From Pseudothermotoga sp. (GTDB lineage: Bacteria; Thermotogota; Thermotogae; Thermotogales; DSM-5069), in the NCBI GenBank assembly GCA_031962025.1, contig JAVRKW010000007.1: a DNA stretch of 64,000 nucleotides; one strand, 5' to 3'. The position numbers and the translations under genes were made by a program. Shown here piece by piece: positions 35,948-46,164 of this stretch; position 1 is the first letter of the stretch, and every line of letters starts with the position of its first letter. The notes below the pieces were generated by a model. The model was given only the letters and a program-made list of their open reading frames with translations. It ran no database searches and was not told where the DNA came from.

Positions 35948-38247
35948 ACCTCCACGACAGTTACCCCTGTACCACCTTCAGCGGGTGTACCAAATCGGTA
36001 TTTTTTCACTCTGCCATCGCGTCTGAGTATTTCCCATATTCCGACGGCAAGCCTGCCCGTTCCCTTTCCGTGAATCACATAACCGATCTTGAAATCAGAT
36101 AAGATCAATTTGTCAATGAAATCTTCTATCACCGGTTCAGCTTCATCCACTGTCAATCCACGCACATCTATCTCTGGTTTACCCAGACCATTGAAGGTAC
36201 TTTTGAAGTCAACTGTCAATGACTCTCTTTTTTCTGCTAAAGCTCTCACCAAGGTCCGAGGATGTGCTTCTATTCTTATTCCATTGAAATCAACGACGAA
36301 TTTTTCACCCTTTGTACCTACAATCCTTCCGATAGCCTGACCATTTTTAAGTCGTACGGTATCTCCCACCGACAGAGGTTCACAAACCTGATCTTTTACA
36401 AGTTCCAGTTCTCTGACAGTTTTTGACTGCTGTTCGAAAAGCTTGGCTGCCGTTTTGAGCGCATCCAGGTCCTGATTCTTCTTTCTGACGTTATTGATAG
36501 CTTCATCGATCTGTTTTTTCATCTCCTTTATCTGGTTATAAGTTTTTTTCAGTTCTTCATCGAGCTCTTCTATCTTTTTCTTTTTAAGCTCATCGTATTT
36601 TGCCTCGTACTCTGCCTTTAACTTTTCGATTTTCGCTTTCTCGTTTTCTAATTCCTGAATCTTTTGACGGAGCATCGCAGTTTGTTCCTGGTATTTTTCA
36701 ATGGTTTTCTCAACGTTCATGTATTCCTGTCCAATGAATTCTTGAGCCTGTTGCAAAACGGATTCATCAAGTCCAAGTCTTCTTGCGATCTCAAATGCAT
36801 GAGAGGCACCGGGTACACCCATCAAAATGCGAAAAGTCGGCTCAAGAGTTTGCGGGTCAAATTCAACAGAGGCGCTCACAAGTTTTTCATCACTTGCGGC
36901 ATAGATTTTAATTGGTGTCAGATGAGTGGTGATGACGAATTTGCAACCAGATTCTTTGAGTTTCTGTATTATAGAAAGCCCTAAGGCAGCTCCTTCGACT
37001 GGATCGGTGCCTGATCCGAGTTCGTCGAGTAAAACGAGTGTTTGTGGATCGGCGATCTTTAATGCCTTGATGACATTCACTATGTGAGATGAAAAGGTGC
37101 TCAGATTCTGCTTGATGTCCTGCTCATCACCGATATCGACTACGATCTTTGAAAATGCAGGGAGCACGGAGTTCTCATCACACGGTATGGGGAAACCTGA
37201 CATCATCATGGAACAAAAAAGTCCAACGGTTTTGAGCGAGACAGTTTTACCACCTGTGTTCGGTCCAGTCAATACCAAGCCGCATTTGTGGCTTGGAAGG
37301 ACAATATCGACTGGCACGACCTTTTGTTTTTCAATCAATGGATGTTTAGCCAAGATCAATTTTATTTCCATCTCATTCGATGGGTATATCACATGTGCAT
37401 CATAACGGTGTGCAAAAACAGCTCTCGCATACAGACTGTCCAGATGAGCCAGAGTCGATATGTCCTGCTCTATCTTTTCTATGCGTTCAAGTACACTCAA
37501 AGTGAGATTTCGCAGGATTTTGTTTATTTCCTCCTGCTCTTTTTCTTTCAGTTCTTTCAGTTCATTGTTCAGAGAAACGAATTCCTCGGGCTCAACAAAG
37601 TAAGTTGCAGCCGAAGAAGAAACGGAATGAACTATGCCTTTAATTTGCGATCTGTGGGTTGCCTTTACGGGAAAAACATGTCTGCCATCCCTCAAGGTTG
37701 CGATGGGTTCTTGCAAATACGTTCTGTTTGTGTTGACAAAGCTTTCTGCCTTTTTTCGAAGTTGTTCCGACAATCGTCTGTATTCGATTCTCAGTTGTTT
37801 CAATCTTTCTGATGCGCTGTCTCTTATTGATCCATCCTCAGACACACACCTGTGTATTTCAAAGATGATTTCATCATGTACTGTAAGAGATCTGGCAAGC
37901 TCTTTTATAAAACCACTGTCCTCAAGATCTGATATGTTTTTCTTCACTGTCTTGACAATTGAAAGAGCACTTGAAACCCTGAGCAGTTCCTCTGGTTCAA
38001 GAATCTGAGCCTGTCTCACTTTGCTGAGTATCTGCTGGATGTCGATTTCAGAGAAATTTGAAGGAAATATCTGCTGCTCGCTCTTGACGAGTTCAATCAT
38101 TTCATCAACCATTCTGAGCTCTGAATGGGGATTATCGACAGGCTTCAGGTTTCTGAGAAACTGTTTTCCAACATCACTGAGAGCGAATTTCTCTATCAGG
38201 TCGATCACTCTATAAAAATCGAGTTTTTCAAGGCTGTAAACTTCTAT
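35944..38247 (-). CDS. mutS2: Endonuclease MutS2 (with Smr domain)
   Basis: TGPNTGGKT, LSTFSSH, DELGSGTDP, IHGKGTG; start placed at ATA 38247 (first canonical start is GTG 38208). Confidence 0.92.
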   Translation of the reverse strand: MEVYSLEKLDFYRVIDLIEKFALSDVGKQFLRNLKPVDNPHSELRMVDEMIELVKSEQQIFPSNFSEIDIQQILSKVRQAQILEPEELLRVSSALSIVKTVKKNISDLEDSGFIKELARSLTVHDEIIFEIHRCVSEDGSIRDSASERLKQLRIEYRRLSEQLRKKAESFVNTNRTYLQEPIATLRDGRHVFPVKATHRSQIKGIVHSVSSSAATYFVEPEEFVSLNNELKELKEKEQEEINKILRNLTLSVLERIEKIEQDISTLAHLDSLYARAVFAHRYDAHVIYPSNEMEIKLILAKHPLIEKQKVVPVDIVLPSHKCGLVLTGPNTGGKTVSLKTVGLFCSMMMSGFPIPCDENSVLPAFSKIVVDIGDEQDIKQNLSTFSSHIVNVIKALKIADPQTLVLLDELGSGTDPVEGAALGLSIIQKLKESGCKFVITTHLTPIKIYAASDEKLVSASVEFDPQTLEPTFRILMGVPGASHAFEIARRLGLDESVLQQAQEFIGQEYMNVEKTIEKYQEQTAMLRQKIQELENEKAKIEKLKAEYEAKYDELKKKKIEELDEELKKTYNQIKEMKKQIDEAINNVRKKNQDLDALKTAAKLFEQQSKTVRELELVKDQVCEPLSVGDTVRLKNGQAIGRIVGTKGEKFVVDFNGIRIEAHPRTLVRALAEKRESLTVDFKSTFNGLGKPEIDVRGLTVDEAEPVIEDFIDKLILSDFKIGYVIHGKGTGRLAVGIWEILRRDGRVKKYRFGTPAEGGTGVTVVEV

Positions 38248-38281
38248 TTTCCAAGCACCTCCATTACAACTCCAACGACTA

Positions 38282-39481
38282 TTATTCTACAACCTGTATG
38301 GAATTTTCAAACTGCTTAGAATCTGAACCGCAGACCACTTCGACTGTGAGCTTGTAAATTCCAGGTTTTGTCATAACAGGCGCATTCCACGGCAGAAACT
38401 TGAAAATCTCGTACTGCGAATAAGGCTCAAGCCAGACTCTCACCGAGCGCTTCTGATAACTCAGCGCAGATGGTGGCAGGGTTACATCGATTTTGTCCAA
38501 TACCAAAAAAAGATCTTTATTCGTCGTATTTTGTAAATAAACAGAAAAAGCCATCTGGTCGCGTACATTGATCAATTTTGGAACATCAGAGTAGATCTTT
38601 ATCTTTTTCAAATCTTTTTCATAATCGCGCACACATATTACGGGCAGTGAAACAGAGGTGAGAGAGCCATTCACGGAACATTGAACTGTGAGCACGTAAC
38701 GTCCATCGCGTTCAAAGGGAAATTCAACCTGATCTAAAACTCTCACATCTTTTCCTATGCCAACCTGTGACCATTTAGATTGAATCTGAAATTCTCTTTG
38801 CCAGATTGTTTGATCACTTTCTTTCAGTAAAAGTTTCACATGTTGGACCTGTAAATCTCTCACAGTTGCTGTGTTGTTCACGATATATATTGAACTTTTC
38901 ACGGTTTCACCGACCAGGTAGAAATCGAGTAACCCATCGACCAGAATCTGGTACTTTTCGACGCTTACAAATGATTTAGTGGCAGAGATCTCCTGTTCAT
39001 TCACTTTTACTTTTACAACTATCCTGTACTCACCGGAGCGAAGGGAATTGAGTTCAACCTCTCTTTTGAGATCAAACAGCAAGCGACTTGCGAAAGCATC
39101 CAGTGTTGTTTTCACACTGTCTTTCTGAGAAAAACTGTATACGGCTGCCTCATCACTCAAGATCTGAAAATTGAAACCAGAGATGACAACTTCTCTTGAT
39201 TTGTTTTGATTGTTGTAAAGCCGTACTTTCACATCAAGTGGTGTACCAGAGACGTATGGAGTATCAACCTGAATGATGAGCTGGTTCTGCTGGGAACTTT
39301 GACTTGGGAATTGACCATAATACATCCTGAGACCGAGAAAGAATATCAACACAATGACAATATTCAAAATCAAAAAGTATATTCCCTGCCTGCGGTAATT
39401 GCGAGTCTTTTCTTTCTCACGCTGCAGAAATTGCTGCTCTTTTTTTTTCCATTCCTCCGGATCTTTTGAAAAATATCTCAT
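38282..39481 (-). CDS. Hypothetical single-TM protein with tandem Ig-like beta domains
   Basis: One TM near the N-terminus; repeated G.Y...V motifs. Confidence 0.7.
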   Translation of the reverse strand: MRYFSKDPEEWKKKEQQFLQREKEKTRNYRRQGIYFLILNIVIVLIFFLGLRMYYGQFPSQSSQQNQLIIQVDTPYVSGTPLDVKVRLYNNQNKSREVVISGFNFQILSDEAAVYSFSQKDSVKTTLDAFASRLLFDLKREVELNSLRSGEYRIVVKVKVNEQEISATKSFVSVEKYQILVDGLLDFYLVGETVKSSIYIVNNTATVRDLQVQHVKLLLKESDQTIWQREFQIQSKWSQVGIGKDVRVLDQVEFPFERDGRYVLTVQCSVNGSLTSVSLPVICVRDYEKDLKKIKIYSDVPKLINVRDQMAFSVYLQNTTNKDLFLVLDKIDVTLPPSALSYQKRSVRVWLEPYSQYEIFKFLPWNAPVMTKPGIYKLTVEVVCGSDSKQFENSIQVVE

Positions 39482-41166
39482 ATGCCTGAAGTCACCCTGA
39501 GCACTTCATCAAACGAGGTAATCCCCCTGAGCACTTTCTCAAATCCATCTATGAACATTGGACGCATACCCTTTTGCAAAGCCAAATCGTATATTTCCCT
39601 TTCACCACCACCTGCAATTATTGCGTCTTTCACATCTCGAGTTATAACCAGGACCTCTCCAATTGCAACACGACCTTTGTACCCGCTACCGCCGCACTCA
39701 GGGCAACCACTTCCTGCGGTGTATTCAACTGGTTCGATATCAGGAAAAGCTGCTTTCCACATTTCTAAGTACTCTTTTCTCAGTTCTGTCTTTACTCTGC
39801 AGTTCTCGCACAGTTTTCTGACAAGTCGCTGGCTTATCACGCCGATGAGCGATGTGCTGATCATGTGCCTGTCTATTCCCATATTCACCATTCTGTCTAT
39901 CGCGGCTGCTGCACTGTTAGTGTGTAAAGTACTCAACACCAAATGACCCGTTAAGGATGCTTCGATGGCAAGACTTGCGGTTTCTTTGTCTCTCATTTCT
40001 CCGATCATTATTATATCTGGGTCCTGTCTTAAAAACGATCTTAAATACCTTGCAAAAGTCAAACCTATTTCGGGATTAACCTGACACTGTGTAACTCCAT
40101 CTATTGTGTACTCCACGGGATCTTCGGCTGTTATTATGTTGACGGTTATGTCTTTGAGTTTGTTTATCATTGCAACAAGCGTGGTTGATTTTCCACTGCC
40201 TGTTGGTCCTGTTATGAGAATTATCCCGTTTGGTCTTTTCAAAAGATCTGATATCTTCTTGTAATTGAACTCACTGAAACCGAGGTCCTCTAACTGCTTG
40301 TACGCACCAGAGACTTTGAGTATTCTCATAACCACTTTTTCACCGTGCACCGACGGCATGGTTGAAACTCTAAAATCATATTGTTCACCCTGTATGTTCA
40401 TGTAAAACTTTCCATCCTGTGGTAATCTTTTTTCGGATATATCAAGACCAGCCATGATTTTTACCCTTGTCACAACAGCGCTGTGCTGCACCTTGGAATA
40501 GTCAGTGATTTTCCTCAGCAATCCATCTACACGATAGCGTACGCGCACATAGTTTCTAAATGGCTCGATATGAATATCACTTGCCTCCATTTGAACAGCT
40601 CTCTGAATTATCGCGTTGACCATTCTAACAACAGGTGCTTCCGCTTCGGCGAGAGTCTCTTCAGCCACTTCTTCACTGACAGGCTCGACTTGCTCTGCTG
40701 GAAGCTCTTCTGCCAGAGCCATTGGTGCACCCTGAATGTGCTGGGCGTAAAGCAATGAAAAAATCGTTGGAGTTACAAGATAAACAACGGGATCCTTGCC
40801 GGTCAGAAATTTGATCTCACTTGTAATTCTCGACAGATTATAAACGCTGTCTGTTATGACGACCAATCTGTCAGATTGTTTATCCACCGGTATGACTCTC
40901 AATTCGTCTATCATTGCCCGCGGTATACTTCTGAGTATCTCAACTGGTATTGTTTTGGGTGGATCTCTAAGCACGGGAACATTGTACTGATCACTCAGAG
41001 CATCGGTGATCTGTTCCCATGTTATCAGACCCATATCAACCAGAATTTCACCAAGGGCTTTTCTGTTCTTGCGCTGTTCTTCCAAAGCCCTTGACAGTTC
41101 TTCTCTTGTTACCAACCCTTTTTCAATTAGAATCTCACCAAGTCTTTTGTACCGTGGTTTATCCAT
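39478..41166 (-). CDS. pilB: Type IV pilus/T2SS assembly ATPase with N-terminal MshEN domain
   Basis: RLGEIL..GL, ASDIH, GPTGSGKS, EDPVE, LRQDPD, tetracysteine motif. Confidence 0.9.
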   Translation of the reverse strand: MDKPRYKRLGEILIEKGLVTREELSRALEEQRKNRKALGEILVDMGLITWEQITDALSDQYNVPVLRDPPKTIPVEILRSIPRAMIDELRVIPVDKQSDRLVVITDSVYNLSRITSEIKFLTGKDPVVYLVTPTIFSLLYAQHIQGAPMALAEELPAEQVEPVSEEVAEETLAEAEAPVVRMVNAIIQRAVQMEASDIHIEPFRNYVRVRYRVDGLLRKITDYSKVQHSAVVTRVKIMAGLDISEKRLPQDGKFYMNIQGEQYDFRVSTMPSVHGEKVVMRILKVSGAYKQLEDLGFSEFNYKKISDLLKRPNGIILITGPTGSGKSTTLVAMINKLKDITVNIITAEDPVEYTIDGVTQCQVNPEIGLTFARYLRSFLRQDPDIIMIGEMRDKETASLAIEASLTGHLVLSTLHTNSAAAAIDRMVNMGIDRHMISTSLIGVISQRLVRKLCENCRVKTELRKEYLEMWKAAFPDIEPVEYTAGSGCPECGGSGYKGRVAIGEVLVITRDVKDAIIAGGGEREIYDLALQKGMRPMFIDGFEKVLRGITSFDEVLRVTSGI

Positions 41167-42223
41167 TGGTATTTATATCCTCCAGTCCCATTCTGTAAAC
41201 AGCCGGGATCTCACTTTCCGGGAACAGATAACTGTCCTCATCGTCAAATCCCGTGGCTATGAGCGTTACACGCATCTCATCCTGCGGCAGCTCTTCATCG
41301 ATTATCAAACCAAATTTCACATCTGCGTCTTCACTGCAACTCTGACGTATGATAGCTGCAGCAGCGTGCATTTCACGGAGCTGAACGGTTTTTGGAGCAG
41401 AGATGTTTAAAATAATCGCTCCGGCATTTTCTACTGGTCGATCCATCAATTTACTTTCCATAGCTCTCTTTGCAGCTTCGATAGCTCTATTAGCTCCTTT
41501 GCCGATGCCGATGCCGAGCATTGCAGCACCTGCGTCTCTCATAACCGATTCAACATCTGCAAAGTCCAAGTTGATATATCCTCTCTTTGTGATCAGCTCT
41601 GAAATACCCTTGACACCTTGATGAAGTGTTTCATCTGCCTTCAAAAAGGCGTTGACAACAGTCACATCTGAAGGTAGCTCTTCCAGCAGTTTGTTGTTCG
41701 AAATCCTGATCAGAGTGTCAACACTCTTTCTGAGTCTCTTTAAACCTTCTATAGCTGCAGACCATCGCTCTTTGCCTTCAAAGTAAAATGGTGTTGTTAT
41801 CACGGCAACTGTTAAAATTCCCATACTCTTTGCGATCTCTGCTATCACAGGTGTCGCTCCGGTTCCTGTACCTCCACCAAAACCGGCGGTTATGAACAGC
41901 ATATCGGTGTCCTGAAGCATTTGTTCAAGTTCTTCGCGGCTTTCCTGAGCTGCTTCCTCTCCGGTTCTCGGATCTCCCCCTGCTCCCAAACCTCTGGTTC
42001 TCTTCTCACCGATCTGTATTTTTATATCGGCTTTATTTTCTTCCAGAACCTGAACATCAGTGTTCACAGCAATAAAGGTGACATCTCTGATGCCAATCTC
42101 AACCATTCTGTTAATGGCGTTGTTGCCGGCTCCTCCAACACCAACGACCTTTATCACTGGAACTCTTTTTTTCGTGAATTTATCCGTATTGTTTGTCTTT
42201 GATTTACCAAGCTCAAAAGCCAT
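41159..42223 (-). CDS. ftsZ: Cell division protein FtsZ
   Basis: GVGGAGNN, GGGTGTG, INLDFADV. Confidence 0.98.
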   Translation of the reverse strand: MAFELGKSKTNNTDKFTKKRVPVIKVVGVGGAGNNAINRMVEIGIRDVTFIAVNTDVQVLEENKADIKIQIGEKRTRGLGAGGDPRTGEEAAQESREELEQMLQDTDMLFITAGFGGGTGTGATPVIAEIAKSMGILTVAVITTPFYFEGKERWSAAIEGLKRLRKSVDTLIRISNNKLLEELPSDVTVVNAFLKADETLHQGVKGISELITKRGYINLDFADVESVMRDAGAAMLGIGIGKGANRAIEAAKRAMESKLMDRPVENAGAIILNISAPKTVQLREMHAAAAIIRQSCSEDADVKFGLIIDEELPQDEMRVTLIATGFDDEDSYLFPESEIPAVYRMGLEDINTNG

Positions 42224-42242
42224 ATTATCAACCTCCCTGGTA

Positions 42243-43499
42243 TTACCAGAGATTTTTGAATATCTCAACGAGCCTTTTGAAAAAACCTTCATTTGATTCT
42301 TTCTTCGGCGATTCTGTGACAGACCCAGCTTCGATTAAAGATACAAATCCACCCAGTACCGACGCATAAACTGGATCGTCCAGAACTTCGTCTGAATCCT
42401 TAATGAGTACATTGGTAGAAGTATTGTATGTGCCTATTCTGACAGGACTCTTGAACACATCTAACGCCAGATCCAACAGTCTTGGTACCTTGGCACCCCC
42501 ACCGAGAAGAACTATGCCACCCGGCAAACCTCTTGGAGCAAATTCTGGTACAATCGAGCAGATTTCTCTGTAAACTCTTCTCACTTTGGTGAGGATTTCC
42601 CTGAGCCGTGCGTGTATGACCTTTGCCAACTCATCCTTGGTCATACTTCTGGAAGTTCTACCATCAAGTCCTTTGAATTCAATGGATTGCTGACCAAAAC
42701 TCGGCTCTCCGTATATGGCACTCCCGTGAGTTTTGAGGAGTCTTTCCGCTTCATCGATAGAGGTATTGAAAACTATGGAAATGTCTTTAATAACGTGCTT
42801 CATACCCAATGGTATTGTCTCGAGTCTGATGGGAACTCCCATTGAATAAACAAGAACCGTTGTGTTAGAATGTCCCAGTTCGACAACGCATACGCCGCTC
42901 TCTTTTTCAGTGTCTGTTAGCACACCTTCTGCTCCTGAAACAACAGATGCTGCAAAATCAAAATCCTGTGAGATTGCATCTTGCAGAAATTCAAAAAGAG
43001 AGCTGGAAGATCTATCAACTGTCACAACGGTCAATTCTACCTCAAGATGCTTTGCAGGCATACCAACGGGATTGAACACGCTCTTTGTTTTGTCGATTAT
43101 GTATCTTTTTGGGTATATATGCAAAACCTGATAATTGTCACCGAACTCATCGATGGCAGACTGCTTTAACATCTCGACCATCGCTTCATCGACTGTTTTC
43201 TTTTCATTGTCAGATACGATGTACTCCTTTTTTACATCATGAAGCGCGAATTTACCACAACTCGAGGATATGATGATATTTGTTCGATTCAAATTTACAA
43301 CCTCTTCTATCTGAGTGATCAATTGATTCAGCGTATCCTGCAAAGAGATGGCATCCCTTATATCCCCACCATCTATCCCGCGGGTCTTCAAATCAAAATG
43401 CGCAAGCAGCTCATAGCCCTCAGCCGTCCTGGAGATAACCAAACCCTTCGTAGAATGCGAACCGATGTCAATCGAGACGTAATTTTCACTTTTCCTCAC
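42243..43499 (-). CDS. ftsA: Cell division protein FtsA
   Basis: IDIGS, GGGAK, C-terminal amphipathic helix; upstream of ftsZ. Confidence 0.93.
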   Translation of the reverse strand: MRKSENYVSIDIGSHSTKGLVISRTAEGYELLAHFDLKTRGIDGGDIRDAISLQDTLNQLITQIEEVVNLNRTNIIISSSCGKFALHDVKKEYIVSDNEKKTVDEAMVEMLKQSAIDEFGDNYQVLHIYPKRYIIDKTKSVFNPVGMPAKHLEVELTVVTVDRSSSSLFEFLQDAISQDFDFAASVVSGAEGVLTDTEKESGVCVVELGHSNTTVLVYSMGVPIRLETIPLGMKHVIKDISIVFNTSIDEAERLLKTHGSAIYGEPSFGQQSIEFKGLDGRTSRSMTKDELAKVIHARLREILTKVRRVYREICSIVPEFAPRGLPGGIVLLGGGAKVPRLLDLALDVFKSPVRIGTYNTSTNVLIKDSDEVLDDPVYASVLGGFVSLIEAGSVTESPKKESNEGFFKRLVEIFKNLW

Positions 43500-43992
43500 C
43501 GCCACCACCTCTGATCTTGTAAACAAGCCCGCTTGAAGTCAGAAAATATTCAGCTTTTGGCTCCATCACCAAGATTAAGTCTTTCAAAAGTGAAACGTGA
43601 TTTACCAAATCTTCCCAGTCACTAAAATATAATACAACACCTTTTAAAAGAATTGCACATTTTTGGTTCAATTTTATCTCTGTAACACACGGATCATTCA
43701 GGGCATCTTTCAGTTTTGCTATGATCTCAAGAGAACCTTTGCTCACAGACAGTTCTCTTATATCTGCACCACTTACAACTGCCTTTTTCAAAACATCGGC
43801 TAAAGCTGCCGTGTACAAAAGTTTTCCATTCTGTGATATCCACCAGATTCTATTTTTGTAAGACACAAGATAAGCCGGTACATTGTTGTTTGAAGCACGA
43901 TGTAAAACAGGTGAAAACCTTAAAGCAACAAAGAAAAAAATAAAAACTAAGAAAAGTCCCAGGGTTATTATCGCTTTATCTGGATTATACAT
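43486..43992 (-). CDS. Single-TM protein, divergent FtsQ/DivIB-like (by position)
   Basis: N-terminal TM, directly upstream of ftsA. Confidence 0.55.
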   Translation of the reverse strand: MYNPDKAIITLGLFLVFIFFFVALRFSPVLHRASNNNVPAYLVSYKNRIWWISQNGKLLYTAALADVLKKAVVSGADIRELSVSKGSLEIIAKLKDALNDPCVTEIKLNQKCAILLKGVVLYFSDWEDLVNHVSLLKDLILVMEPKAEYFLTSSGLVYKIRGGGGEEK

Positions 43993-45880
43993 CCAAATAG
44001 GTCACCTTCAGAGCATGTTTTTCTATGAAACTTCTTCTTTCTGAAGGATTTTCACCCATTAACAGATTGAAAAGCCTGTCAGCTTCTTCGGCATTCTCGA
44101 TATCAACTCTGATGAGCTTTCTTGTTTGAGGATTCATGGTGGTTTCCCACAATTGCTCTGGATTCATTTCTCCCAGACCTTTGTACCTTTGAACTTCTAT
44201 CTTTCTTGTATCTCCAAGTTCTTTTTTCAAGGCTTTGAAATCGTCCTCGGTATATAAATAGGTCGACCTGGAGTCAAAATTGACTTTGTAAAGAGGAGGA
44301 ACAGCAATGTATATCTTTCCCTCTTCAATGAGCTGTTTCATGTATCTGAAGAAAAATGTCAATAGCAGTGTTCTGATGTGAGCGCCATCCACATCGGCAT
44401 CAGTCATAATTATGATCTTTCCATAGCGAAGTTTAGATATATCAAAACTGTCTCCAATGCCTGTACCCACAGCCACGATTATGTTTTTGATCTCTTCATT
44501 GGATAGCAGTTTTTGAATTGATGATTTCTCAACATTTAGAATTTTTCCTCTCAGCGGTAAAATTGCCTGATATTCTCTATCGCGTGCCTGCTTTGCCGAA
44601 CCTCCAGCCGAGTCTCCTTCAACTATGAACAATTCGGATTTTTCAACATCTGATGAGACACAATCAGCGAGTTTTCCAGGGAGCGACAAATTCTCCATTG
44701 CGTTTTTTCTTCTGACCAGTTCTCGTGCTTTTCTGGCAGCTTCGCGAGATTGCATGGTTTTAACCACTTTATCGAGTATGACTTTCAGCACAGATTTGTT
44801 GAGTTCAAAATACTCCGAAAGTTTATCCCTCAAAACCTTGGAGACAGCAGAGCCTGCACTTTCATTTCCGAGTTTTGATTTTGTTTGCCCCTCGAACTCT
44901 GGATCTTTCAAAAACACACTTATCACCGCTGTTAAACCCTCACGCACATCCTCACCCTGAAAGGATTCGTCTTTTTTCAAAACTCCAAGTGATTTTCCAT
45001 ACTCATTGAGCATCTTTGTGATTGTATTTTTGAAAGCCGTTACATGAGTGCCGTGGTCAATGGTTCTTATGTTGTTTGCATACGAATAGATCCTCTCCTG
45101 CTCATATGCTTCGGTGTACAAAATGGCTATATTTACAAGTACTTCTTCGTATTCACCGGATATTTCGATCACATCGTGCAAAGGCTTATCATTCTGTGCT
45201 AAGAACTTTATATATTCTTTCAGTCCGCCTCTGTATTGAAAGGTGTTGGAGTATTCGTTGATCTTATCTTCAAAGATAATCTTCAGTCCCGGGTTGAGAA
45301 ATGCCAGTTCTCTGAGTTTGCTTTCTATTATGTTTGGATCAAACTCCAGCGTGGAAAATATCTGTCCGTCTGGTTTGAAACGTGTTATCGTTCCTGTTCT
45401 ATCGGTTTCACCAACCACTGTAACTGGACATTGAGGTACTCCTCTTGAATACTTCTGGTAATATATCTTTCCGTCTCTGTGTACCCACACTTCAAGCTGC
45501 TCAGACAGGGCATTGACTACCGAGGCTCCCACACCGTGCAGTCCTCCACTGACTTTATACACGTTTTTTGAGAACTTTCCACCGGCATGTAGAGTCGTCA
45601 TTACAACTTCAAGAGCACTCTTGCCTGTCTCTGGATGAATATCTACAGGGATACCTCTACCGTTGTCTTCAACTTCCACAGATCCGTCTTCGAAAAGGGT
45701 AACACGAATTACACTGCAAAAACCAGCCATGGCTTCATCTATGCTGTTATCGACAATTTCGTATACAAGATGATGCAGTCCACTTTTACCCGTGGAGCCT
45801 ATGTACATACCGGGTCTTACTCTGACTGCCTCAAGACCCTTCAGGATCTGAATGCTTTCCGCACCATATTCTATAGCCAC
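43985..45880 (-). CDS. gyrB: Type IIA topoisomerase subunit B (DNA gyrase B)
   Basis: RPGMYIG, EIVDNSIDE, GLHGVG, EGDSAGG, DADVDG, RYKGLGEM. Confidence 0.93.
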   Translation of the reverse strand: MAIEYGAESIQILKGLEAVRVRPGMYIGSTGKSGLHHLVYEIVDNSIDEAMAGFCSVIRVTLFEDGSVEVEDNGRGIPVDIHPETGKSALEVVMTTLHAGGKFSKNVYKVSGGLHGVGASVVNALSEQLEVWVHRDGKIYYQKYSRGVPQCPVTVVGETDRTGTITRFKPDGQIFSTLEFDPNIIESKLRELAFLNPGLKIIFEDKINEYSNTFQYRGGLKEYIKFLAQNDKPLHDVIEISGEYEEVLVNIAILYTEAYEQERIYSYANNIRTIDHGTHVTAFKNTITKMLNEYGKSLGVLKKDESFQGEDVREGLTAVISVFLKDPEFEGQTKSKLGNESAGSAVSKVLRDKLSEYFELNKSVLKVILDKVVKTMQSREAARKARELVRRKNAMENLSLPGKLADCVSSDVEKSELFIVEGDSAGGSAKQARDREYQAILPLRGKILNVEKSSIQKLLSNEEIKNIIVAVGTGIGDSFDISKLRYGKIIIMTDADVDGAHIRTLLLTFFFRYMKQLIEEGKIYIAVPPLYKVNFDSRSTYLYTEDDFKALKKELGDTRKIEVQRYKGLGEMNPEQLWETTMNPQTRKLIRVDIENAEEADRLFNLLMGENPSERRSFIEKHALKVTYLDV

Positions 45881-46164
45881 TACTTGCACCTCCTGAAAAC
45901 CACGTCAACGATTTGCTGATCTGGAAAAACCTGCTTTATTTTCTCTCTAAGTTTTCTTTTCATAAAATTCGCTTCTGTGAGCCACATGGTATCATCACAC
46001 TCAAAAAAGATTACACCATCACGGTACTCCACAAATTTACAATGCCGAGCAAGCGATTCACCAAGAAAATCTCTCAAATCCGACAGAGCTATTCTAAATC
46101 TCAATTGCTTGAAAACATCGCTTTTAGATGAAAGCGAATCGAAAATTTCGCCTATTTTCTTCAT
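45880..46164 (-). CDS. DUF721/DciA family protein
   Basis: 94 aa upstream of gyrB; G..LA.H....G.......W..E. Confidence 0.75.
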   Translation of the reverse strand: MKKIGEIFDSLSSKSDVFKQLRFRIALSDLRDFLGESLARHCKFVEYRDGVIFFECDDTMWLTEANFMKRKLREKIKQVFPDQQIVDVVFRRCK

